The position numbers and the translations under genes were made by a program. This document shows, piece after piece, positions 56,596 through 64,000 of a DNA stretch of 64,000 bases. The notes beneath the pieces are model-generated. The model worked only from the letters and a program-made list of their open reading frames with translations, searched no databases and had not been told where the DNA came from. Every line of letters begins with the position of its first letter. The stretch's first letter is position 1. Source of the stretch: Arthrobacter sp. (lineage in GTDB: Bacteria > Actinomycetota > Actinomycetes > Actinomycetales > Micrococcaceae). The stretch lies in contig NZ_JAPSHJ010000013.1 in the NCBI RefSeq assembly GCF_031179985.1, positions 12,710 through 76,709 of the forward strand, given 5' to 3'.

Positions 56596-57842
56596 TGGAT
56601 CTCTTGAGATTTGCCACGGCGGGATCCGTAGATGACGGCAAGAGCACCTTGATCGGACGGTTGCTCTATGACTCGAAATCCATCTTCACGGATCAGCTTG
56701 AATCCATTGAGCGGACCAGCCGGGCCATGGGTTCGGACTACACGGAACTGGCGTTGCTCACTGACGGGTTAAGGGCAGAACGTGAGCAAGGGATAACCAT
56801 CGACGTCGCCTATAGATACTTTGCTACGGCTAAGCGGAAATTCATCGTGGCGGACACACCCGGACATATCCAGTACACACGGAACATGGTGACCGGGGCA
56901 TCCACCGCCGACATGGCTATTATGCTCGTCGATGCGCGGAAGGGGCTGCAGGAGCAAAGCCGGCGCCATGCATTCCTTGTCTCGCTGCTGAAAGTGCCGC
57001 ACCTGGTGCTTGCCATAAACAAGATGGATCTCGTTGCCTGGTCTCAGGACGTCTTTGAGGATATCCGGCATGACTTCGTGGAATTCGCCGCCAAGCTCGA
57101 TATTCCTGACCTGACGGTCATACCGCTTTCCGCCCTCACCGGTGACAACGTGGTGAGCCGCTCAGAGAATATGCCCTGGTACCAGGGAACGTCGCTGATG
57201 ACCCATCTGGAGAACGTTTACATAGCCAGTGACAGGAATTTGGTGGATGGCCGGTTCCCTGTCCAATACGTGATCCGGCCCCATTCAAACCGCTTCCCCG
57301 ATTACCGCGGGTACGCGGGGAAGATCGCCGGCGGAGTCATGCGCATCGGCGATGAGGTGGTGGTCCTGCCCAGCGGGCTTCCGTCGCGCATCGCCTCGAT
57401 CGAGTCCGCAAGCGGACCTGTCAACGAAGCGTTCGCTCCAATGTCCGTCGTCGTGCGGCTCGAGGACGACATTGATATCTCACGCGGGGACATGATTTGC
57501 AGACCGCACAACCAGCCAAAAGTCTCGCAGGATATTGACGCGATGATCTGTTGGATGAGCGAGGAGCCCTTGCGCCCGGGCCAGAAGCTGGTGGTCAAGC
57601 ACACCACACGGCGGGCGCGGGCACTCGTCAAGGACGTGCAGTACGAACTGGACATCAACACCCTGCACCGCAACGAACAGGCGGAGGAGCTCAAGCTCAA
57701 CTCCATCGGGAGGGTTCGGCTGCGCACCACCATTCCGCTTCTTGCGGATGAGTACCACCGAAACAGGGAAACAGGCGGCTTCATCCTCATTGATGAACAC
57801 TCCCTGCGAACAGTAGGCGCGGGGATGATCCTGTCCGTCTGA
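56595..57842 (+). CDS. cysN: Sulfate adenylyltransferase subunit 1 (GTPase), no fused CysC
   Basis: TAGSVDDGKSTLIGRLL, DGLRAEREQGITIDVAYRYF, DTPGH.QYTRNMVTGAS, NKMD, RFPVQYV, TGGFILID..TVGAGM. Confidence 0.97.
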   Translation: MDLLRFATAGSVDDGKSTLIGRLLYDSKSIFTDQLESIERTSRAMGSDYTELALLTDGLRAEREQGITIDVAYRYFATAKRKFIVADTPGHIQYTRNMVTGASTADMAIMLVDARKGLQEQSRRHAFLVSLLKVPHLVLAINKMDLVAWSQDVFEDIRHDFVEFAAKLDIPDLTVIPLSALTGDNVVSRSENMPWYQGTSLMTHLENVYIASDRNLVDGRFPVQYVIRPHSNRFPDYRGYAGKIAGGVMRIGDEVVVLPSGLPSRIASIESASGPVNEAFAPMSVVVRLEDDIDISRGDMICRPHNQPKVSQDIDAMICWMSEEPLRPGQKLVVKHTTRRARALVKDVQYELDINTLHRNEQAEELKLNSIGRVRLRTTIPLLADEYHRNRETGGFILIDEHSLRTVGAGMILSV

Positions 57843-57895
57843 AGCATCCGCCGGTACGTCACCGGCTCGTCAAAGAAACGTGGAGAAACGAGACG

Positions 57896-58399
57896 ATGAG
57901 AACAGCCAGGTATGGTGTCCGCAATCATCCCGTTGCGCCCGGAACCGAGAGGATTCTGCTGGTTGGATCCAGCGGCGGCCATCTCGCGCAATTGCTGGCC
58001 CTTGAACCCTGGTGGGCGCACCAATCGAGGGCCTGGGTAACCTTCAAAACGCCCGACGCCGAGTTCGGCCTGCGGAATGAGCAAGACGTCACTTGGGCAT
58101 ACTCCCCAACCACCCGGAACATCCCGAACCTGCTGCGGAACTCAAAACTGGCGTGGTCATTGATGCGGCAGTTCCGTCCAACCGTGGTGATCTCGACTGG
58201 AGCAGGAAGCGCCCTGCCCTTTTTTGCCCTTGCGAAGATGATGTCCACCACAACTGTGTACATAGAAGTTTATGACCGGGTAGACAGCCCCACGCTCACC
58301 GGAAGACTGTGCCGGCCATTTACCGACCTGATGTTGGTCCAGTGGCGTGACCAGCTGGGACTCTACCGTGACGCCCATGTACTGGGGAGACTGCTGTGA
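57896..58399 (+). CDS. Alg14/PssD/CpsF-family glycosyltransferase N-half (acceptor-binding)
   Basis: LVGSSGGHLAQL, WVTF..PD, PTTRNIPNL, VVISTGAG.ALPFF, VYIEV.DR..PTLTGRL, VQW. Confidence 0.93.
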   Translation: MRTARYGVRNHPVAPGTERILLVGSSGGHLAQLLALEPWWAHQSRAWVTFKTPDAEFGLRNEQDVTWAYSPTTRNIPNLLRNSKLAWSLMRQFRPTVVISTGAGSALPFFALAKMMSTTTVYIEVYDRVDSPTLTGRLCRPFTDLMLVQWRDQLGLYRDAHVLGRLL

Positions 58400-59691
58400 A
58401 CGAGGCTCCAGTACATGGCCAGCCGGACAATGCCTCCACTCCGAGAAGCATCAGTGTTCTTGTGGGTACTGACCATCACGAGTTTTCCCGGTTGGTCGAC
58501 TGGGCTGATGGTTGGGCAACCGAACATCCGCAGGACAAAGTCACGGTGCAGTTCGGCCACAGCCGGGCACCCGCTTCTGCCGAGGGGCACAGCTTCATGT
58601 CTCCTGCCGCGCTCGCCGAACTCATGGCCACGAGCGACATCGTTGTTGCGCATGGCGGACCTGCCACTATCTCCGGGGCGAGAGCTGCGGGGCACGTACC
58701 GCTGGTGCTGCCAAGGGATCCGGCCCTGGGAGAGCATGTTGACGATCATCAGCAGCGGTTCGCGAGCTGGTCCGCCCAGAGATCGTTGGTCACCAAGGTG
58801 GTATCGGTGCCGGAGCTGCAGGAACGGGTCTCGGCCTTGGCAGGGGAAGGTTCAGGGACCAAGAGCGGAAACCTCGATGGAGCGCGGCAGGGCGACGACG
58901 CGGCAAGCCACCTTCCGCTGCTCCTGGCGAAGGCGAGGACTGCAACCAACCGAGCCACTCCAGGCGCCCCCGTGGTTTTGTACGTCTCCGGCGCAAGTGC
59001 GGCGACGTCGTCGTACCTTTCCGCCCTCAGCCGTGCAGAAGGCGCCGTGATGCTGGGGGATATCGGGCAGCTATGGGAGCAGGGCATAGTCAAAAACGCC
59101 GGCTGCGCCTGCGGGGCGCCTTTTTCCTCCTGTCAGTTCTGGCTTCGAGTGGGGAAGGAGGCCTTTGGAGGCTGGGATGATGTGGACGTCCGCTCCATCA
59201 AACGGCTGGGGGAGTCCGTCAGGTCTGCTGGAAAACTGATGCTGGGGGTCCTGCCCTTTGAACCTCCGTTGCTCCGCCGACAGCTCGCTGAGCACTCGTC
59301 GTACTACCTTGCTCTGTTCCGGGCAGTGCAGGACATCACCGGCGGGAAGGTGCTGGTGTGTTGCGGTGCGGACCCTGTTCTGGCTTTCGCCTTGAGCCAC
59401 AACCGTGAAATTGATGTGCGGATTCTGTATCTGGCTGGAAGGCCGGGCCGGCCAGTGATCAGCGACGACGTCCCCGGTTCGTTAGCCGCGAGATGGCTGT
59501 CCTCGAGGATGGGGGCACAATTCCTCAGGATGCGTCACGTTCCCCGCGCCGTCATCGGGCGCAAGCGTTATCTGAACGACCCCTTGAAAGCACTGCACTC
59601 GGTGGGCCGAAAACTCGAGCTCCCCGATTCCTGGCCCGTTCAAGGCGCTCCCCAGGAGTTCCATCCCCTTCTGCGAGAGGACCTGCCGTGA
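58396..59691 (+). CDS. Fusion: Alg13/PssE/CpsG GT28 C-half plus a degenerate sulfotransferase-like domain
   Basis: VLVGTDHHEFSRL..VQFG..VVAHGGPATI..PR....GEHVDDHQ (PssE); from aa ~193 VVLYVSG..GDIGQLWEQG..CACGAPFSSCQFW..AFGGW..YYLALFRAVQDITGGKVLV. Confidence 0.8.
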   Translation: MNEAPVHGQPDNASTPRSISVLVGTDHHEFSRLVDWADGWATEHPQDKVTVQFGHSRAPASAEGHSFMSPAALAELMATSDIVVAHGGPATISGARAAGHVPLVLPRDPALGEHVDDHQQRFASWSAQRSLVTKVVSVPELQERVSALAGEGSGTKSGNLDGARQGDDAASHLPLLLAKARTATNRATPGAPVVLYVSGASAATSSYLSALSRAEGAVMLGDIGQLWEQGIVKNAGCACGAPFSSCQFWLRVGKEAFGGWDDVDVRSIKRLGESVRSAGKLMLGVLPFEPPLLRRQLAEHSSYYLALFRAVQDITGGKVLVCCGADPVLAFALSHNREIDVRILYLAGRPGRPVISDDVPGSLAARWLSSRMGAQFLRMRHVPRAVIGRKRYLNDPLKALHSVGRKLELPDSWPVQGAPQEFHPLLREDLP

Positions 59692-60596
59692 GCACGGTGT
59701 CGGTGATCATAGCCACGCGGGACCGCCCCGAGATGCTCAGGGAGGCGATCGCGGCGGTCGCTGGCCAGGCCTTCGACGGCGAGATTGAAATCATCGTGGT
59801 TTACGATCAGTCAGCCCCGGACACCTCACTCCAAGCATCAGAGGGCACCAGGCGTGTCAGGGTGATCAGCAACTCCCGCACCCCCGGCCTGGCAGGGGCC
59901 CGCAACAGCGGAATCCTTGCTGGCACCGGAGACTATGTGGCCTTTTGCGACGACGACGACTACTGGAAGCCCGGAAAGCTCGCGGCCCAGGTCAAACGGA
60001 TGGAGACCGATTCCGGCGTCGAGTTTGTCACGTGTGGAATTTCAGTACAGTACGACGGCGTCACTCACGACCGCCCGCTGGGCAGGGACATCGTGACCTT
60101 CGATGAACTGCTGCGGGACCGGCACACGGAGCTGCACCCCTCAACCTTTTTGATGCGGCGTTCAGCGGCAATCACTGGTTTTGGACTTGTGGACGAAGAG
60201 GTTCCCGGCGGATTCGGCGAAGACTACGAGTTTCTGCTCCGGGCCGCAAAATCCCACTCGATTGCCCATGTTCGTGAGGTTCTGGCGGTGGTTCGCTGGG
60301 GTGGACAGTCATTCTTCTTCAGGCGCTGGCAGACCATGTCCGACGGGCTGTCCTGCCTGCTCGACAGATTCCCGGAATTTGAAACTACACCTGCCGGCTC
60401 TGCCAGGATCCGGGGGCAGATTGCCTTCGCGAACGCCGCTTTGAAGAACCGGCGGATTGCCCTCCTGTGGGCAGTGTCGGCCTTCAGGCGCAACCCCCTT
60501 GAACTGAGAGCGCCGCTGGCAATCGCCGTCGCCGCCGGGGTGCTGTCCCCGGACAGGGTGATGGTTGAGCTGCACAAGCGGGGGCGGGGAATCTAA
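59688..60596 (+). CDS. GT2-family glycosyltransferase
   Basis: VSVIIATRDR, VVYDQS, GLAGARNSG, AFCDDDDYW, EDYEFLLR; GTGA overlap. Confidence 0.93.
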   Translation: MSTVSVIIATRDRPEMLREAIAAVAGQAFDGEIEIIVVYDQSAPDTSLQASEGTRRVRVISNSRTPGLAGARNSGILAGTGDYVAFCDDDDYWKPGKLAAQVKRMETDSGVEFVTCGISVQYDGVTHDRPLGRDIVTFDELLRDRHTELHPSTFLMRRSAAITGFGLVDEEVPGGFGEDYEFLLRAAKSHSIAHVREVLAVVRWGGQSFFFRRWQTMSDGLSCLLDRFPEFETTPAGSARIRGQIAFANAALKNRRIALLWAVSAFRRNPLELRAPLAIAVAAGVLSPDRVMVELHKRGRGI

Positions 60597-60639
60597 AACG
60601 CGGAATCTTAGACGTGGCAGGATCTTCGCGGCGGACTAC

Positions 60640-60674
60640 AAGAGGCGGCAGGAGCATTGCTCCGGCCGCCTCTT
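60640..60674. terminator. Hairpin between convergent operons, possibly bidirectional
   Basis: AAGAGGCGGC-a-GGAGC-att-GCTCC-g-GCCGCCTCTT. Confidence 0.6.
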
Positions 60675-60699
60675 CCCTGTCCACGAAGCCAACTGTCAG

Positions 60700-61779
60700 T
60701 CAGTATCCAAACACCCGTTCCACCACACGTATCGAGGCCTGTCCATCGTCCAGCGGGCAGAAACGTGAGACGAAGGTCCGGTACCGCTCTGCATTGGCGC
60801 GGTGGCCCTCCTCCAGATTGCTCAAGGCGGCGCCCAGGGATTCGGTGTCCGTCACGATGGTTCCTGGCGCCCACTCCTCGTAGTCGTAGTACAACCCACG
60901 AACATTGTCCCGGTAGCGGGCCAGGTCGTAGGGGAAGAGAACTATTGGCTTTCCGGTGACTGCAAAGTCAAAAATGGCTGAGGAGTAGTCCGAGACCATC
61001 ACATCTGCCGCCAAATAAAGTTCGGCGATATCCGGGTAATTGCTGACGTCGAGAGTAAAGCCGTCGCGGCCAGGCGGCGCGCTCTTCACCACGCTGTGCA
61101 TGCGGTTGAGGATTACTGTTCCGGCAGGTGTTGTCTTCTGCAGCAGATCCAGGTCCAAGACCCCGGGATCCGTGAATTTCCCGTCTGGATGGGGAGAATC
61201 ATCGCGCCATGTGGGGGCGTTCAGGACCACCAGGGCGGAAGGATCCAGCCCAAGCTCCTTGCGTACTTCTTCCCTGATCCTTGGCGCTTCGGCCGACTTA
61301 AGGATGTCGTTACGAGGGTAGCCGGTTTCCAGCAACTCCCCATCAAATCGGAACGCACCCCTGAGAATGTCGGAGCTGCTGGGAGCTGGGGAGAGCAGGT
61401 AGTCCCATTTTTTGATGTCCCGTTCAAGCCGCTTCTGATGGGCGGCAGCGCCTGGGTAAGTCCTGAACTCCTCGTCGAAACCAATGGTCTTGAACGGGGT
61501 ACCGTGCCAGGTTTGGAGATACCTGACCCTTGGACCTTTGACCAGGTGTTTGCTGACGACATCATTGCTGATGAGGTAGTGGCAGCTGTACAGCCTCGCA
61601 AAGTACTCCGGGGTGTGCCGACGCACCCTGGCTACGCCGTCAGGCAAGCGGGTTGATTCGTCCGCCACCCAAACCAGTTTCAGATCGGGGCGGAGCTTTT
61701 GCAGGGCCTCGGAAATGGCCCGGGGGCTGTCAGCGTATTTTCCACGCCAGCTTTCAAAGAGAACGGTTTTCTGTTTCAT
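60700..61779 (-). CDS. TagF/TagB-family CDP-polyol:glycopolymer phosphotransferase
   Basis: FESWRG.YADSP, QTWHGTPFK.IG.D, GYPRND, APTWR, RMH, SDYSSAIFDF, CP.DDG.AS; both catalytic-type His motifs present. Confidence 0.92.
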   Translation of the reverse strand: MKQKTVLFESWRGKYADSPRAISEALQKLRPDLKLVWVADESTRLPDGVARVRRHTPEYFARLYSCHYLISNDVVSKHLVKGPRVRYLQTWHGTPFKTIGFDEEFRTYPGAAAHQKRLERDIKKWDYLLSPAPSSSDILRGAFRFDGELLETGYPRNDILKSAEAPRIREEVRKELGLDPSALVVLNAPTWRDDSPHPDGKFTDPGVLDLDLLQKTTPAGTVILNRMHSVVKSAPPGRDGFTLDVSNYPDIAELYLAADVMVSDYSSAIFDFAVTGKPIVLFPYDLARYRDNVRGLYYDYEEWAPGTIVTDTESLGAALSNLEEGHRANAERYRTFVSRFCPLDDGQASIRVVERVFGY

Positions 61780-63407
61780 ATCTCGTTCCTTTCAGGGGAA
61801 GGGGAGTCTTTTCTCGAGAGAATGGTTTTTAGTGTCGGCAGGCGCAGCTTCCCCCGCCAGAGCCACAGGAGAAACGCATACGCCGCACAGCCGGCTGCCA
61901 GGACGCCGAAGAACTCCCCCAGGTGCGTCCGCTGCAGCAGACTCAGGGTCAGCAGCGGGATTCCGAGGCAAGCCACATTGGCCACCGCTACCAGTGCCGA
62001 CCGCCAGCCGAATGGGTCCATGGCGAGGAGCTTCTTGACCCTCTCGAGAGTCAGTAAGTTCTTGAGTAAAACGGCGATGCCCCATGCAACCGCAGCACCG
62101 ACAATTCCCCACAGCGGAATGAGGATCAGGCAAAGACCGATATCCGCCGCCAAAGTAGTCAATGCAATCCAAAGACTGGTCCGGCTGCCGCCTGCCATCA
62201 ACAACAAGGTGTCCAATGGCCCGGCAGCAACGCCTGCAAGCATGGCGATACTCATCAGAATCACCACCGCTCCGGCACTTTCCACGTTGTAGCCTGCGCC
62301 GAAGATCATCAGGTAGAAGCCGCCCGCTGCCCCTGTGACCATGTAGAGCGGCCAGGCTACGGCCATGCTCCACGCTGTCGAGATCCGGAAGACGTCAGCC
62401 GCATCCGCATGGCGCCCTTTTGCAAGGAGTTGGCTGAACCGGGGTTGCAGGACCTGTTGAATTGCTTGGGTGGCGAACTGGCCCAGGGCCACGAACCGTG
62501 TTGCCGCTGTGTAGAGCGCCGCATCCTGCACAGACAGCAGGGCGGCGATCAGGATGATGTCGGAACGCTGAAGCAGGATCTGGCAAAGACGCGCAATTCC
62601 CCGCGGCCAGGTGAAACCCCAGAATTCCCGACGGACCATCGCGCGGTCATTCAGCGGCGCCGTGTGGTGATCAATACCGCGGCGGCGAAGCATTCTGCGG
62701 AAGATCAGGACCGATACCACGCCTGCAATGGCGTACGGGGCAACCCATCCGGCGGAGAGCAGGAGCACTCCGCCGCCAGCCAGGGCAGCCAGCCAAACGC
62801 TCAGCGGCTGCAGCATAGTGCGCAGGAACTTGTCGATCAGGACGGTGCTGCGTACCGTTCCGAAAGAGCGGGCACCTGCCAACGAAAAATCACCCCAGGC
62901 GGCCACCGGCAGGAGCAAGGCAAACATCAGCAGGACCAGGGAGCCTTGGGGAGTGTCCAGGCCGATCAAAGGTGCCAGTTGGCCGGCCAGAAGGGCAGTT
63001 CCCAGCGCCAGCACCAGGCTGGTCAGCAGGACCGGACGGAGGGCGACTGACAGACATTGGGAGATATCAGCAGTGCGGCCAGTCGCCTCGTACCGGAGCA
63101 TAAAGCGGGCCAGCCCGCTTTCAGTACCCAGGGAGGCGGCACCCAGCAATATCAGAAACGCAGATGATGCTGCGAAGAACATACCGGCAGTGGCCTGGTC
63201 ATAGAGTTGGGTGACCACCACGATGAGACCGAAGCCGAAAACCGCGGAAACGGCTGCCCCGAGGAGGTTGAACACTCCACTGCGTGCAATATGCGATAGC
63301 TGGGCGTCGACCGCTTCAGTGTTCGCCGCTTCACTGCCCACGAGCACTGGCACTGCTGGAGGCGACTGGAACTTTGGCAGCGGCGGGTCCCTCTGCTCCA
63401 TTTCCAT
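61776..63407 (-). CDS. Wzx-type (MOP superfamily) oligosaccharide flippase
   Basis: IARSGVFNLLGA, about 12-14 TMs, RSDIILIAAL..ALYTAA.R, LLLMAG, NL.LIP.WGIVGAA. Confidence 0.9.
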   Translation of the reverse strand: MEMEQRDPPLPKFQSPPAVPVLVGSEAANTEAVDAQLSHIARSGVFNLLGAAVSAVFGFGLIVVVTQLYDQATAGMFFAASSAFLILLGAASLGTESGLARFMLRYEATGRTADISQCLSVALRPVLLTSLVLALGTALLAGQLAPLIGLDTPQGSLVLLMFALLLPVAAWGDFSLAGARSFGTVRSTVLIDKFLRTMLQPLSVWLAALAGGGVLLLSAGWVAPYAIAGVVSVLIFRRMLRRRGIDHHTAPLNDRAMVRREFWGFTWPRGIARLCQILLQRSDIILIAALLSVQDAALYTAATRFVALGQFATQAIQQVLQPRFSQLLAKGRHADAADVFRISTAWSMAVAWPLYMVTGAAGGFYLMIFGAGYNVESAGAVVILMSIAMLAGVAAGPLDTLLLMAGGSRTSLWIALTTLAADIGLCLILIPLWGIVGAAVAWGIAVLLKNLLTLERVKKLLAMDPFGWRSALVAVANVACLGIPLLTLSLLQRTHLGEFFGVLAAGCAAYAFLLWLWRGKLRLPTLKTILSRKDSPSPERNEI

Positions 63408-63999
63408 TCTTCTTGCTGCCCGCCATCAGATTGCCGGAAGTCTTGGCGGGACGCGTCCTGGCCGGTTCCAAAACCACGGCTCCAAGCAGGTTCACGGATA
63501 GCTCCCGGCAGACTTCAACAGAACTGTTAAGGTCCGTGACCTTGGTAGAGCCATAGGCGATCTCAACAATGACGGATTTGAAAGTACTCGCCAACAGCTG
63601 GGCATTGGGGCTGAGCATAGGACCAGTGACGACCAGCACAACGTCTGCACGGTGCGCCAGCGAGCCAATCACCCCGATGAGCCGGGGGGTGACCCGGTGC
63701 TGTGCAGAGCCTGCTTCCCGGGAACCGCTGCCCAGGACCTGAAGCGTGGGTGACAGGCTCACCAATGTTTCGTCAACGGCGATATTCTCGTCCAGGAGGT
63801 CAGCCAGGCCTGGATAATCTGCCCGGACCAAGGGTGGCATGACCAGGCGGCCCGTCGTGTCTACAACGAGTGTCTTGATCCCTGCCTCTGCAAGCGACCA
63901 GGCGATTGAGACTGCAGAGAGCGGCTGCGCTGCGTCTTTACCGGCAGTACTCAACAGGATGACATTGCTCCGGTGAAGCCTGGTGAAGTCCAGGACGTT
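63331..63999 (-). CDS. Wzc/CpsD-like (BY-kinase fold) C-terminal domain, degenerate; gene begins beyond the window
   Basis: Frame open to the window edge (NVLDFTRLHRSNVILLSTAGK..); SIAWSLAEAGIKTLVVD, PGLADLL, L.VL.SG, DVVLV..GP, VIVEI..G.T, NLLGAVV. Confidence 0.75.
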   Translation of the reverse strand, partial: NVLDFTRLHRSNVILLSTAGKDAAQPLSAVSIAWSLAEAGIKTLVVDTTGRLVMPPLVRADYPGLADLLDENIAVDETLVSLSPTLQVLGSGSREAGSAQHRVTPRLIGVIGSLAHRADVVLVVTGPMLSPNAQLLASTFKSVIVEIAYGSTKVTDLNSSVEVCRELSVNLLGAVVLEPARTRPAKTSGNLMAGSKKNGNGAEGPAAAKVPVASSSASARGQ

Positions 64000-64000
64000 G

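Noticed and set aside
54758-57842. cysQ-cysD-cysN as the housekeeping sulfate-assimilation operon
   Set aside because: No cysH, sulfite reductase or siroheme genes nearby, and the genes are coupled to glycosyltransferases.
1-64000. CRISPR array, IS element, prophage or rRNA
   Set aside because: No regularly spaced repeats, transposase, integrase, phage structural genes or rRNA-like sequence were recognised.
50354-64000. Horizontal acquisition of the polysaccharide locus on compositional grounds
   Set aside because: No obvious GC shift, flanking direct repeats or mobility gene by eye. A GC/codon-usage scan and synteny comparison are needed and were not run.

Overview
High-GC actinobacterial chromosome segment. 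Gene content and order point to Micrococcaceae (Arthrobacter/Pseudarthrobacter-like); this is an inference. Three zones. (1) 1-41.8 kb, conserved core and cell-envelope genes: FemX-like peptidyltransferase (partial), manA, LCP, purEK, gtrA, whiB, a large GT2-membrane protein, ahcY, L,D-transpeptidase, pmt, rsmI, gabD, a MoxR-DUF58-transglutaminase triad, tatD-rpfB-rsmA-ispE, ABC-F, TetR, tRNA-Gln(UUG), glmU-prs-rplY-pth. (2) 42.0-50.4 kb, three tandem ~900-aa NTPase-LuxR regulators. (3) 50.35 kb to past the window end, an accessory polysaccharide locus that carries its own PAPS-supply cassette (cysD, cysN, cysC, cysQ, TauE-family permease, no reductive assimilation genes) interleaved with a priming sugar transferase, a PssD/PssE-type glycosyltransferase pair, GT2, a TagF-like phosphotransferase, a Wzx flippase and a Wzc-like protein. 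This is the best candidate for an undescribed system: a sulfated, possibly phosphate-containing, cell-surface polysaccharide pathway. Three of its proteins look like pseudo-enzymes: a PssE fused to a motif-less sulfotransferase domain, an APS kinase fused to a dead Sat-type sulfurylase, and a Wzc-like domain with no Walker A/B or Tyr cluster. All family calls come from motif recognition by eye; no database search was run. Several starts were moved from the ORF track using RBS or leaderless -10 evidence.
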